Shown here: positions 27,504 to 39,797 of the stretch, in pieces
How the letters are laid out: the number at the start of each line of letters is the position of its first letter
Position numbering within the stretch: position 1 is the stretch's first letter
Assembly: GCF_025526975.1 (NCBI RefSeq)
Contig: NW_026515670.1
Span: forward strand, 124,001-188,000
Length of the DNA stretch: 64,000 bases
Source of the DNA: Fimicolochytrium jonesii
Taxonomy: Eukaryota
Direction: 5' to 3'
The notes under the pieces: generated by a model
What the model saw: the letters and a program-made list of their open reading frames with translations, nothing else
Told to the model about the DNA's origin: nothing
The model's database searches: none
Made by a program: the position numbers and the translations under genes

Positions 27504-27811
27504 GGGGGTCTTGATTGGTGGCTTCAATGTAGCATCGCAGGTCTAGGAGAGCATTGTTTGAGGAGTGTCGTGGGCATGAAGCCCTGGTACTCGGGTTAGG
27601 AAAATGAATAGGGAGTTATTCATGCGGAATCTCGGGCTATCCTCAGGCGTCTTCCCGTTGATAAGACGACTGCCGCGTAAGGCGATGAAATCCATTCAGT
27701 TGCGTGAAGAATGCAGTCCAGACATCTATTCTTGCTGATAATGCATGTATTTGCCCCTCCATTCTATGCTACCGCACATGACCACGCTGTCCGAGATATA
27801 CGCGCAACATT

Positions 27812-28663
27812 CTAAGCAGTCTGGGCGGTAGCCAACGCCGCCTCCACCTCTGGCGCCAGCGGCAACCCCAACGATACCTGCTCCTTCGACGTAATCTCCG
27901 ACCGCCGCCGTCCCTCTCCCACCCCGCTCTCAAACCCAGCCATGATCAGATCCGTATACATCTCCTTCGTCGGCGCGATATGCGTGTATAGCGCCACCGC
28001 AAACGCCTTATACACCTTATCCAAAACCTCCACGATCTCCTTCTCCTCCGCTTTCCCGGACTGTGCGGCTTCCACCACCTGCGCCCTGAAAGCGCGGAAC
28101 AGCCGCTCCACATGCACCGTATCGGGGAACACCCTGTAACTCGGCCGATCGCACAGGATCTGCAGCACGACATCGAACGCGCGCACGGCGAACAGGCGTT
28201 CGAGGACAAGCAGGTTGTCGGTGCCGTCCTGGGGCCGTCCCGCCGCGCGCCATCGTTTGAGCGCCGCGCGGAGGAGCTCGCCGTCTTCGGCGGTGGAGAC
28301 TTTGTATATTAGGCGTCGGAGGCTGTCTTCGGTCGTCCGGGATTGGGTGACAGCTTCGTTGAAGGATTGGAACTCGCTGAAGCAGGCTTTTGTTGTGCCC
28401 AGGGGTTGGACTTCGGTGGCGTCGGATTCGGGGGTGGGGGTGGAAGCGGTGCTGTACCGGAAAGAGGTGGTGAGGCGGGTGGGTGCTGTGGTTGGGAGTG
28501 CGGACGACCTGCATCTCGTCGTCAGGCTGCGGCAGTTGATGGGTGTTAGGGAGTGTTGTTGGCAATCCCGAACTGTTTTCGTTTGGCAAGTTGGTCGCAC
28601 TACGCCAAATTCTTCTATTCTTCTCGCACCACGGCGGATGATGCGGAAAGTGGAGGCGGACAT
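27812..28663 (-). CDS. Hypothetical helical protein, possibly mitochondrial
   Basis: Single open frame. The Arg/Ser/Thr-rich N-terminus from ATG 28663 resembles a presequence. Family not recognised. Confidence 0.55.
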   Translation of the reverse strand: MSASTFRIIRRGARRIEEFGVVRPTCQTKTVRDCQQHSLTPINCRSLTTRCRSSALPTTAPTRLTTSFRYSTASTPTPESDATEVQPLGTTKACFSEFQSFNEAVTQSRTTEDSLRRLIYKVSTAEDGELLRAALKRWRAAGRPQDGTDNLLVLERLFAVRAFDVVLQILCDRPSYRVFPDTVHVERLFRAFRAQVVEAAQSGKAEEKEIVEVLDKVYKAFAVALYTHIAPTKEMYTDLIMAGFESGVGEGRRRSEITSKEQVSLGLPLAPEVEAALATAQTA

Positions 28664-28863
28664 AATGCGTTCGCCTTGGCCTTTCTGTGGTTCGTTGAAG
28701 TAGGGTATCTTGCGCTGATGCGAGAAGCTGGTTGCTGCACAGATCACCGAAATCCCAGAACGTTTAGAAGCATGGAAAAAAATTGAGTTTTCCCAGATGA
28801 GAAGAAGCGTGAGGTCACATGATTCTGGTTGATTTATATAGGGAACGCGTGCCAAAGTATGTA

Positions 28864-30230
28864 CAGTCAGTGGACATAAAGCTGTGTGCATGCCAGATTA
28901 AGTCAGTGTCTGAGGCGCGTTGCGCGACATCAACTCATCATCCTTAATCTTGGGGCATTGCGAAACCTGACCTAAATGAATGGATCTAGATCTGAATTTC
29001 GCTAATACCTAGTTGTCCCCCCATTGGCTGCGATTACGGCTGCCATTCTTGATGGCATTGACCGTGTCAATGCATCAAGATGCGGCTGCATTGTGGGCCA
29101 TATAGTTTGCACAACGTTGTCCAACATTCCAGGGGTAGGGTTCGCTTTCGATACCTTCCGTTTGAGCATTGCCCACAGATTCGCAATCGGATTGAGATCT
29201 GGACTCTGCGCTGGCCAGGGAAGAAGCTCAATGCCGTGTTCATCAAAGAACTGTCAAGTTTCAGCCGATGTATGAATAGGGGCGTTGTCCTGCATGAAGA
29301 GAGGATTGGGAAGAAAAATCTCTAGATTCCGCCACATCGGCAACATGTTAGCAGTAAGATGTTGCACATAGGCAGTAGAGTTAATCCCTCCACGGTTTTG
29401 ACCCTCTCGCTGAACACGCTGCATCTCTTTCATTGGACCTACTGCATTTCCAATGAATGCTCCCCAGTACATGAATGTTTTTCGTCCACTCTTCCTGGTG
29501 CCCTGGATGCAATCGGGATGAAAACGTTCAGTTCGTAAGCGCCAGCACCGCATTTTAGGTACCCAGCCAATTTCAAAGGACGTCTCATCAGTCCAGAAAA
29601 CACGAGACCAGTCCGCTTCCGTCCAGTCTTGGTGCTGCAGTGCAAATGCAAGGCGTGCTGCTTTATGGTCCTCTGTCAATAGTGGCTTTGGGACCTTGAA
29701 ACGCGAGGTGAGATAGAGCAGGTCCCGTAGGTAGCGACGCACTGTTTTTGCAGACACCTGGAGTCCGGTGAGCTGCGTGAATTCAAAAGTGATCTGTTTT
29801 AGTGTTTTCTCCCGAGTGCTACTGTCAGCAACGACAATACTGCGGAAGGCAGCCAAATCATTGTCAGAAGGCTGGTACTTAGCTGGTCTTCCTGTTGGCT
29901 TCTTCGATTGATAGGCGGTTGGTGCAGTGGCACTCTCGTTCGCAAACCTCTTAATAGTGTTCCTCACAGTATTCCTGTGAACGTGCTCCTGCCTTGCAAT
30001 TTCAGATGTCGTCTTGCCTGCTATATGGAGGGCAACTATGGCTGCCCTTTTTTGTGGTGTGAGAGGTTTCCCCATAGCTGAGGTGGTGAAGATGTTGGCG
30101 TGCATTTCGCCATCACGGCTTCGTCGCTGGCTTCAATACTCAAGCTTGCGGCTCCAAAACGCGCGGTGCGCTTTGTGAAACGGTCATTGAAATCCATATG
30201 GGGTGCACACAGCTTTTTGTCCACTGACTG
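28864..30230 (-). mobile_element. Tc1/mariner DNA transposon, 1367 bp, complete ends
   Basis: 27-bp TIRs CAGTCAGTGGACA(T/A)AAAGCTGTGTGCA at 28864-28890 and 30204-30230 (26/27 match). TA target duplication at 28862-63 and 30231-32. Confidence 0.97.
29002..30075 (-). pseudogene. Tc1-type DD34E transposase, inactivated
   Basis: HTH region, GRP linker, FWTDE, MQDNAPIH. In-frame TGA at 29254-56. The third catalytic motif reads SPDLNPIAN instead of NPIEN. Confidence 0.92.
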
Positions 30231-30426
30231 TACGCGTTGCGGTGCCTTGGCAGAACGGCGAAGTGCTACTTTGCCAGGTCTCCAATACTCTCCAGGGAGC
30301 AGAGCTCAATGATATAAAAAGGACGCCACTCGAACGTCCTCGCCACTCATCTCAACTCCAATTCCAACCGCTGCCAAACCGCCAACCACAAACAAGAAAG
30401 GGGAAACGAAGAAAATCAACCGAACG

Positions 30427-31197
30427 ATGAGGGTCAGCATGGACGCTAACGTACAGTTGCCCGCATACGAACCCGCCCGTTCCGAGCCGCTACTAACCAA
30501 CATAAGTCAAGAGGACCATCAACCGCCGCCACCAAAAGATGCCCTTGATTTTTCGGACACCCTCCCACCGCCGCCAGCCTACGCCCCACCCATCACGCGC
30601 TCCATCGCAACTCCCATCCGCGCCCACGACGTCAAACCCCAGCCGGGCTCCCGCAGATTGATGTTGGGCCATCCGACGCCGTCACCCTCCACCTGCCCCT
30701 CCTGCTCGTCCTCCTCCTCACCTCCCGGCGGCGGCTACAGAGTCCGCGTGGTAGAAGTCACAGACTTCCCTGCAGAGAAACGAGATAACTACGCTTTCGT
30801 CCGCCTGTCACGGCACGGTCACCAGTTTCGCACCTCCGCCCGCACACCCGAATGGGCGAGACGTTCCCGTATTCCCTTTGGCGAGACGTTCACCTTCCAT
30901 AACCCGCCGCCTGCGGGTGATTCGGCAGGGGTTCGGCACGCTTCCATCGATTTCGACGAAGAGTCCAAACGAGGGTGTTCGAAGATTCCGGCGTCGTGGC
31001 TGCTTGTGGAGATCTTGGAGATTAGCGGTGTGGCGGATGACGGGAGGATTGGGAGTGCGAGTGTCAAGTATGTGGGGCATGCGACACTCAAAATGAATTC
31101 CATAGTATCCTCGAAGGGGACAACGAGAACGGTTCATGTGAATCTTGTTGGGGGGTCGGGATCGCCTCGTGTGTCGTTGGATATATGTCGGTTATGA
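30427..31197 (+). CDS. Pro-rich protein with PY motifs and a C2-like domain
   Basis: LPAY and PPAY motifs. YRVRVVEVTDF...YAFVRL...FRTS...FGETFTF...LLVEIL pattern resembles a C2 fold. Confidence 0.55.
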   Translation: MRVSMDANVQLPAYEPARSEPLLTNISQEDHQPPPPKDALDFSDTLPPPPAYAPPITRSIATPIRAHDVKPQPGSRRLMLGHPTPSPSTCPSCSSSSSPPGGGYRVRVVEVTDFPAEKRDNYAFVRLSRHGHQFRTSARTPEWARRSRIPFGETFTFHNPPPAGDSAGVRHASIDFDEESKRGCSKIPASWLLVEILEISGVADDGRIGSASVKYVGHATLKMNSIVSSKGTTRTVHVNLVGGSGSPRVSLDICRL

Positions 31198-32201
31198 GGA
31201 ATCACATCGAGCGTGTTGTTGCATCGATTAGCGTAGATCCCCATCCCGGAGCCCAGTTGATCTTTGATACCCTGAAACCCTTTTCAGCAGCAATAGACAT
31301 TCTTGTTGATTGGAAACCGGTCCGCGCATCTTCCCGCGTATGCGTTGTTGCTTGTCCCAATGTGGTTCTTATGCGTGGGGACCCAGCCAAAGGCCCATGC
31401 ACATCTCTCTCTCCATATTCAGAATGTCCATATTCAGAATGCATGCAGGATAATTCCAGAATGCCGTGAGTCCGCGTCGAAAAAGACGTTTCCGCTAAGG
31501 GTTAAACGAATACGGGAACGAGAACGGTACGCTACCTGTGCCCGCTGTGTTCAGAAATCGATGCTCAAAAAATGGGAATGCGGCACGGCCATATTGGTGC
31601 GTCTCGGCCTGACAGCCCCATCGCGGCCACATCTCCTAGCTCCCCGAGTTTCCCAGCGTGATGCACACCGCCCGGGTGGGAAATTGCGACACGGTGGGCG
31701 GACCAGAAGTGGGAGAAATTGGGCGACGGCGCTCGGTCTTCAACCGCGCGCCATGTCGATGGCAGCACGGCACGCACCCAAGGCACATTCGGACGCATCA
31801 CTCCCCAACGCCGTACATAAGGGGCGATGCGATTGTGTCACAGCTAGATAAAGGTCCGCGAGGAAGAAATGTTCAACGTCACCTTGCTTTGGATGGAGAA
31901 GCCGTAAGACATGTTCCTGGAGGGGAAGAACGAGAGGACGGGACCCATGGTGCGGGAGTCTTTATAAGGGAGCGGGAGGCAGAAAACACATGAGCAAAAA
32001 GTAGTGCGAAAGGGGAAATGCCCCGTACGCGTTATGGCCTTCCGTAAGCGAGAGCCGAGACCAGCAAGGCGGGGATTCCCGGGCTGTCACGTGACGTCCA
32101 GAATCCACCGACCGCCTCATCGCTCACTCTCAACAAGCACCGACAACAGCTCGGAGGAAGCAACCCAACCTGCAACAACAGCGTCAAAACAAACAGCCAC
32201 A

Positions 32202-33215
32202 ATGTCCGACGTCGAATACCCAGCAGAAGACCCTAAGCCCGCAATTGACGAAGGTTCGTTTTCTCCCCCACATCTTTTCAAAATCGTGTGCGTTGTGCAC
32301 GAAATTGTTTAGTCGGCGTGGGCGGAAAATACAAGGCTGGCGATTTCGATTCCACAGTGGACCAGGGCGGAAATAGCTGGGATACTTACGAGAAGGATGT
32401 GGGCTCGGCTATGCATCGAGAGGGGTTCGTCGACGGCGTGGGGTCCCGAACTTGCAAGTGGGACGGGAACGCATCAGCAACCAGCTGCCTAGGGGATGAT
32501 TGATTTCCCACACACCGTGGAGTCCAGCCCCAAAATCCCGCAATCCCGCAAATGACTAAACCCAACTCAACGTACTTTTCCCCACCAGCATGCGCGCAAA
32601 GCCATCACTGCCACGGCCTCAAAGCGCGGTTCGATGCCTGCACGGCGAAGCTGGAGGCCGGTAACGGCGCCCAGGACGAGACGTGCGTCGAGGAGTTTTT
32701 CGATCTTATGGAGTGTGTTGATCATTGTGTGAGTATTTGGATCTGGATGAGGAAGGAGAGGGTGGAGTTTTAGGGGCGTGGGATCTCCAAAGTGGTGGCG
32801 GGAGGGGGATTGGATCGCTCTGGGAGCGATAGCGAAGGCGAATTCGACCCGGGCGAAGGCCGACTGCGGCGAGCGACGTGATGAGGCAGGGCAAGCCCTA
32901 GGCGAGCCATTTTTGCGATGGAAGCCCCAGCGCTAGCGAGGTCGACCATCGGAATCGCCTTCGCGAGCGAAAGCGAGGGTGAGCGCAGCGACTTTCGCGC
33001 TACAGGCGTAACCCTAGCGAGCAAAGCGAGCAGTAAATGAAGGCGGCAGCCAACATTCTCTGTTTGTAAGCGACAGCAAACAGTCTTTCTATTCGTGAGC
33101 CACAAAGAATGCATCGCATTTCCTACACATCTTCACCTGCCTCACACCCCTAACGACCACCTTCCCGCTATCTCTGTTCCAGGCCGCCGACAAGATCTTT
33201 GCCAAGCTGAAGTAG
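32202..33215 (+). CDS. QCR6: Cytochrome bc1 hinge subunit Qcr6, 3 exons
   Basis: MSDVEYPAEDPKPAIDE|ACAQSHHC...FDAC...ETCVEEFFDLMECVDHC|AADKIFAKLK. Confidence 0.93.
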
Positions 33216-33938
33216 AGGACACCCACGCACCCACCCATCCAACACAACACCGCGCCATCCGTCTGTCTTCCAATTCCCGCTTTGTAGAATCTTGCCGAAC
33301 ACAAAAAAACGAAATCAGAATCAAAAAACTTATACCTATGACGTTTACGGTTGAGGGGATTGAATGAGCGGAAACATATTGGAAAGGTGTATCCGAGTGT
33401 TCTATGGGACCATGGGGCGACTGCCGATTTGGATAACCGAAGGCATTTACTTGCTGGACGAGCTGGCCGAAATTGAGGATTTACTGAAAATCTTTTCTGC
33501 TCCTTGAGGGTATTGCCGAAAAGGTAGCGGAAGAGGGATGATCTGTCATTCGAGGAAAGGCCTTCTTGTAGAACTGGAGTTTGAGGACCACACGACCTCA
33601 TGCGCCAGAGATGATTGAATTCCCTGGTCTTTTCCTCGATCCATAACGAGGATACAAATCCGCTCGCATATTTATGTCTCCCAACCGTCCTTGTCCCACA
33701 AAACAGCTTCATTTTCGATGAACCAACCCATACATTTCAACGACAATGATAACGGGCGCACCACGTTTATAACCCACTTCCAACCCCTCTATTCCACATC
33801 TTCAAGGAAACCGCTTACAAGCATAACATTCCGCCCATCACCGCAACACCGTTCCCTTGACTTCCCTTTTCTTAACCCACCTCTCCTCTTCCCTTTCCCC
33901 CTTCTACAAACACACAAACACACACACATCAACCCCTC

Positions 33939-34794
33939 TCACAACTCCTCCAACCCCCTCAACGTCTTCTCCAACTCCTCCCTGACGCCCTCATACTTCT
34001 TGCTCATTTCCTCCAGCTGCCTCTCGAGCTCGGTTTTCTCGGACTCGAGCTGTTTGGCGCGCCGCTCGGCTTGTTCGGTTGAGAGTTCGAGGGCGCGGTT
34101 TCTGGTGAAAATGGAAGGAGGGGTGAGTAAAGTCGTTACATGTACAGAGGAGGCGTAGGGGGATGGGAGGGTGGGGACGTACTTTTCGGTGAGCTGGAAC
34201 CAACGAAGCAACGGAAGACGGAATCAAGTTAGGCACCGTCCCAGCGCGCAATCCCCTGATCCCCTCCTATATCTCCCGAACGCACCTCATTAACCCTCCC
34301 CCCCGTCCTCTCACCCTCCTCCTGTAACAGCGTAACCTTATTGTTCAACCCTTGCACCTCCTGCTCGCGCCGCGCGAGCTCGTCTTTCAGCTGCTTGATC
34401 TCTTCCTCGGCTTTGGTTGCCCGTGCGTAAGAGTTGTCGGCTTCTATGCGGAGTTTTTCGAGTTTCTGCGTGGGGGAATTTTGTGTGAGTCTTGAGGCAG
34501 GGTCTTGAGGCAGGGTCTCCGTGCCCAGTTCTTTCCCCTCAACGGCTATGTATAGACCCCCGACTCGCAACGGGACGTAATCGTCATCACCGCCCGCGAT
34601 TGCACCCTGCTCAGCTCGCTTTGGCACCTCCCCCCGCCTTCCCACCTTACCCTTCCCACCTTACCCGGCCCCTCATCTAAAACCGCAGACAGGCCCTAAC
34701 CGCTCTTGTCCAACCAGCAACCCATCTCCGTGGAATACGTCCAAGCGGAACGGACTTGCGCTTTTCTGTAACTTACCTCCTTTATCTTGTCCAT
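33939..34794 (-). CDS. TPM: Tropomyosin, short 123-aa form, 4 exons including an 11-nt microexon
   Basis: MDKIKE|KLEKLRIEAD...RVNE|LTEK|NRALELSTEQAERRAKQLE...LEEL, a fungal tropomyosin pattern. Confidence 0.85.
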
Positions 34795-35289
34795 GTTGGT
34801 CGAAGGTTGTTCAGGGCGTTGTGAGAGATGAGCAAGGCGTGGCTAGCCGTTGTGGGTGTGTGCAGCGATCTTGCTGTTTGTCGAAGCGACGGGATGAGGA
34901 CGAACTTCGCAATCGGTGTGATGAGAGCAACGGCAACTAACGCGTCGCTGTGACTTTTTTACGTAAGAGGTTTCCTCGAGTCTTTCCCCTCGTTTTTCGC
35001 GTGTTAACGGTACACGTTCTGTTGCCATGATCACACTGGGCCCTGGAGTGAGAAGCTGGGTCGCATCAGCCGTTGTATATAAGAGCGCTCTACGAACTAT
35101 AATCTAGTCACAAAGAGCTGTCTATCTCAAAGCAGGGTGTTCTACGAAGTACGCCTCATAGGAAGGGGGTAAGGAAATCTGTCTAACACGCAACACATCG
35201 AATAATAGGCCACGAACGAACCCACTCTACTCTATCTACCTAGCGGATACGCCAGTCGGGGTGATATGCCCTCACTCTCTCGATCTCGT

Positions 35290-36252
35290 CTAGAAAACAG
35301 CCTGTCCCGCATCAATGCTGGCCGAAAGGGTGGCATTCGCCTTGATATTCGCATTCGAAATCCTCCTTGTGATCAAATCCCCCATCACGCGGCTGAATAT
35401 AATGCTGCCATTCACGTTCAAATGCGTCGTATCCGTCGCATTCGCCGCAAAGGTATCTCCGGCCGTATTGCCCGTCGCCGCGTTCAACCGCCATGCCGCG
35501 TCCTTTCCGATCGCCGAGATGTACGCCATGCTCTTCCCGTGCAGATCGACGCTCGGCACCGACGAGTTGGTTGCTTGTTGCGCGGCGGCGTCGGCCCATG
35601 GTTGCAACACGTCCGTGAGATTGCCCTTGGAGTTGAAAGTCCGACGGCAGAGGGAGGTGACAACAATCGGCAACCCGCCCGCCCCTTTGATGTCCTTTAT
35701 CAACCCCTTCAGATTGTCCATGAACACGGAGGTATTCATCACTTTCTGGTCGTTATGCCCGAACTGGATGGTGACCCTTGGCGCGAAGCCAAGTGAGATG
35801 TCGGATTTGACTTGGGTGAGGGCTTTGGCGAGGAAGCCGTCGGAGCGGTAGGTGGCGGTTGTGCGGCCCGAGACGGCGAGGTTGGTGCATTGCGCGGTGA
35901 GTTTGCAGAATTCGTCGCCCCACCCGATTTTGGGCGCGGTTGTGGAGTCGCCGGTTAGGATGTAGGAGTAGGGTTTGGCGGTGGGAGTGATGGTGGCGGC
36001 GGCCGACGTGGTGGATGTCGTAGGAGTAGCAACCGCCTTGGATGTAGTAGCAGCAGCGGACGTGGACGTCTTGACCGTGGTGGCGGACGTCTTGACCGTG
36101 GTGGTGGACGTCTTACTCGTAGTAGTAGCAACCGGCTTGGACGTAGTAGCCGCTTTGGACGTCGTAGTAACAGCCGCCTTGGACGACGTAGTCGCAGCCG
36201 ACGCAGCCGACGCGGCCACCGCCAACCCAACGATGAAAAAGTCGAAACGCAT
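35290..36252 (-). CDS. Secreted SGNH/GDSL esterase (rhamnogalacturonan acetylesterase-like, CE12) with Thr/Ala-rich linker
   Basis: Signal peptide, then blocks GDSTT, GWG, NLAVSGRTT, IQFGHND and DTTHLN. Confidence 0.9.
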   Translation of the reverse strand: MRFDFFIVGLAVAASAASAATTSSKAAVTTTSKAATTSKPVATTTSKTSTTTVKTSATTVKTSTSAAATTSKAVATPTTSTTSAAATITPTAKPYSYILTGDSTTAPKIGWGDEFCKLTAQCTNLAVSGRTTATYRSDGFLAKALTQVKSDISLGFAPRVTIQFGHNDQKVMNTSVFMDNLKGLIKDIKGAGGLPIVVTSLCRRTFNSKGNLTDVLQPWADAAAQQATNSSVPSVDLHGKSMAYISAIGKDAAWRLNAATGNTAGDTFAANATDTTHLNVNGSIIFSRVMGDLITRRISNANIKANATLSASIDAGQAVF

Positions 36253-37630
36253 CTCTAGCTTGTATATATCTCTACAACGTTCTATGCACTTGATCTCGTG
36301 GATGACGGCGGAATGTGGAGCAGTTGGTTCGCATCTTTATATACCATTTTCTGGAAGTGTAGTGTTCCTTTCCTTTCTCTGAGAAGCTACGTAGAACAGC
36401 GCTCATGTCGGAGCACGCTTTGACATCAGTCGGAGCACGCTCTCTTCCTCTCTTCCTTTCCTAGGAGCTCCTGTCTGTTGCCTGATTCTGAGAGGTGCTA
36501 CGGCGAACACCCATTTATGGGAAGCGGATGCGCGTTTTTACCAGTCAAGTTTCAGTCCGAAAATAAGATAGCTCGAGACCTCGCTAGTCGAATCACCCGC
36601 AACTAGATAGGGGTAGCCAAATCTGTACCTCAATATAGCAGCAGTTCGGACAATTTTGATTATGAGATTCCGACATCCCTCTTGCATCTTCTGCGCTTCA
36701 TACTACCAACAACTCTCATGGGGAAAAAAGTTTATATGCAACCAGGCTGAACCAGGCTTCAGATTCACGCGTTAACGCGCGCCACCCCGCCGCCCTCATC
36801 CGCCGCACTCACAGGCCGGGTATAAGATCACGCACCCACCAGAAAAATCGCAGATTGCCCTAGAGCTTCCTCCATCCAAGGTAAACGGACGTCAAATGTT
36901 CCCCGGCTTACCGGCTGTTAAGATATAAGTCCCATCCTCCTGCCCTCATTTCCAATTCGCACGTACGGGTGCGGTGATGGCGTGGGTCATGGCGATGCCC
37001 GCCATTTGGCAGATGATGTGTCTTGAAGACGCTGCGTGATGGATGTTTTGGTTGTTGCGGTGCTTACTGGTATGCTTGCGTGCCAAGCGTGCCGTTACCG
37101 TTTGGGACACTGTTCTGTTGTTCAGAAGCCGCTCTGCAGAGTGGTCAACTTGAGGCTGAGCACTTTTCGCACAAGGGCCTTGGCGGGGCTTGAGTTCATC
37201 GCAAAAACCCCCAGAAAAAAGACATCTGCAGCCCCAGAAAGTACAGTATGTACTGTACACACAGACTGCCCAGTCCCCCGCCCTGTATATGTACAAACAG
37301 CGTGCCGATGCCACAGGAATCTAGAAGGCGGGGAAGGAGAGTTTGCGAGGGAAACCGCTAATGATAGTAGCTCCAACGCGTTGGGGCTTTTTGACAGGTT
37401 GTTTGTGCGACGCGTGAGGTGTGCAGGAAACGAGGCGTTCCGCTTGGCATCCTGGGCGAGGACGAAGCAGGTCGAGCCTCCACACAACCTCAGAGGCTTG
37501 ACGGTTATAAAAAGGAGCGCTTGGTTACTCGCATCCTTAGTCTGTCCGTTCAATCGAACTCCATCTTGGAACCCATCTCGTCACCCATCGCAACTCCAAT
37601 TGACCCCTCAACCCCAAAACAAACTCAACG

Positions 37631-39338
37631 ATGGCTCACCAACAACAACCCCCATACCCGCCCCAAGGCTACCCCCAACAACAACAACAACAACAATACC
37701 CTCCTCCTCAGGGCTACTCGCAACAGCAGCCCTACGGTGCCCCCTACGGCGCTCCACCCCCGCAACCGGGTGGCTATCCCCAACAACAGTACCCGCCGCC
37801 CCAAGGCTACCCGCAACCCGGCTTCCCTCCCCCGCAACAGGGTTTCCCTCCCCAACAGCCCTACGGTGCCCCGCAGGGATACCCGCAACAGTATCCACCC
37901 CAGCAGGCATACCCTCAGCAGCAGCCGGGATATGGAGCCCCGCCGCCTCAGCAGGGATATGGAGCCCCGCCACCTCAGCAGGGATACCCTCAGCAACAGC
38001 CGTATGGAGCCCCACCGCCTCAGCAGGGTTACGCAGCTCCCGTGCAGTCGTTTTACGCGACGGGCTCGCCTGCGTTGTCGGCGCAGGAATTGGAGAGGGA
38101 TGCACAGGGGTTGAGAAAGGCTATGAAGGGGTTTGGGACTGGTGGGTGACATAAATACATCCCAGCCCTCCACTCATACATCACAAAACCCGATGTTAAC
38201 GAATTTACATGTCTCCTTTATAGACGAAAAAGCCCTGACAGAGATCCTCTGCAAACGCACCCCCGACCAAGCGCCCGCGATCGTGCAAGCGTACCGCGCC
38301 CATTTCGGCCGGGAGCTCGTGAAAGATCTCGAATCGGAGTGCGGCGGCAATTTCAAGAAATTGATGGTGTTCCTCACCATGGCGTTGCCCGAACTCGACG
38401 CGACGTGCTTGAAGGAGGCTATGGTTGGTGAAGGGGAGGCTGAGGTTTGTCCTCATCTATTCGTTCCGTGGATCTTATCGATGCTGAACAGTTCTTTTCT
38501 TTCTTTCTCTTTTTTTTTTGTTTTTTGTTTTTTTGTTTTGCAGGCTGGAATTGGGACAGACGAAGACGCCCTCATTGAGATCCTCGTGGGCCGCACCAAT
38601 GTCGAGCTGGCCGCTATCAAGCAGGCGTACCAAGCTAAATACAAGAAAGACCTCATTACCGTTGTTCAGTCAGAGACGTCGGGGCATTTCAAGAAGTTGC
38701 TTACGGCGGTGCTGCAGGCTAGTCGGGATGAGAGTGGGCAGTCTAGGTATGAAGTTGCAGCATTTACGACGCCCGGGGTTTGAAGACATGCATACTGAAT
38801 TTGGACGCGTAGGTGGGACGTCAACGCCGACGTGGAAGCCTTCTACAAAGCCGGCACAGGCAAAGTCGGTACGGACGAGAGCGCCTTCATCAGCCTGCTC
38901 GTCAACCGTCCCGAAGCGCATCTCCGCGCCGTCTTTGCAGCATATAAGGCCAAATATAACTTGACCTTGGAAGCCGTCGTCAAGAGCGAGTTCTCGGGGG
39001 ATGTCGAGAAGGCGCTTGTTAGCGTTAGTAAGTACTCACATTGACGCCATCTTCCCTGTACACGATCCTTAGCATTAACTCCAATCTGTCTAACCTAAGT
39101 CCGCTCGATCGAATCCCGCGCCGCCTACATTGCAACCCTCTTTGAGAAAGCGATGGCGGGCATGGGCACCAAGGACAACAAGCTGATCCGCCTGGCCGTT
39201 CGCCACCGCGACCCGCGCGTCATGGCGATGATCAAGCAGGCGTACCAGCAGCAGAATGGGAAGACGCTGTGGGCGAGGGTGGATGGGGAGACGAGTGGGG
39301 ATTATGGGAAGGCGCTGTTGGCTTGTATTGGGGCTTGA
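37631..39338 (+). CDS. Annexin (ANXA7/ANXC-like, P/Q/G/Y-rich N-terminus), multi-exon
   Basis: Four annexin repeats: [42 protein letters not shown]...ETSGDY. Confidence 0.95.
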
Positions 39339-39797
39339 TGTAGGGTATAGGGGGAGTGAGGGTGGAAGGGCATTTGAAGGGACGGATGGTCGTGGTATGC
39401 AAGATTTTGCAAACGGCAACACTTTTTGGGGTTGACGATATGGTCCGCTTTTTTTCTTTTGAAAACCTAATAGGATGGCATCTTTCTTTTGCGATGTCGA
39501 TGGGCGTCCCGGTAGCGGAAAATGCTGGGAAACGGAAGAAAACGTTCTGTTTCCTCTTCTGTTTCCTCAGGCGATGGCGTATCGTCGTCAAAGTTAAGCT
39601 TAAAAATCTCACACCGTATCCAATTGATCCCTCGGTCCTTTGTGACTTTATGGAGGCCTGGTCTAGCCGTTTCCAGCTTAGGGAGAGACGTGGGAGAGAC
39701 TGCGCGTGTCATATCTGCTTTGGCAAACACTGGCCTGTCCAGCCACTGCCAATACGCAAATCATATACCACCACCAACTCCCACCAAAGGAACAAAC

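Noticed and set aside
37036..38173. Long alternative-frame and antisense ORFs over the annexin N-terminus
   Set aside because: Shadows of the low-complexity P/Q/G/Y codon repeat.
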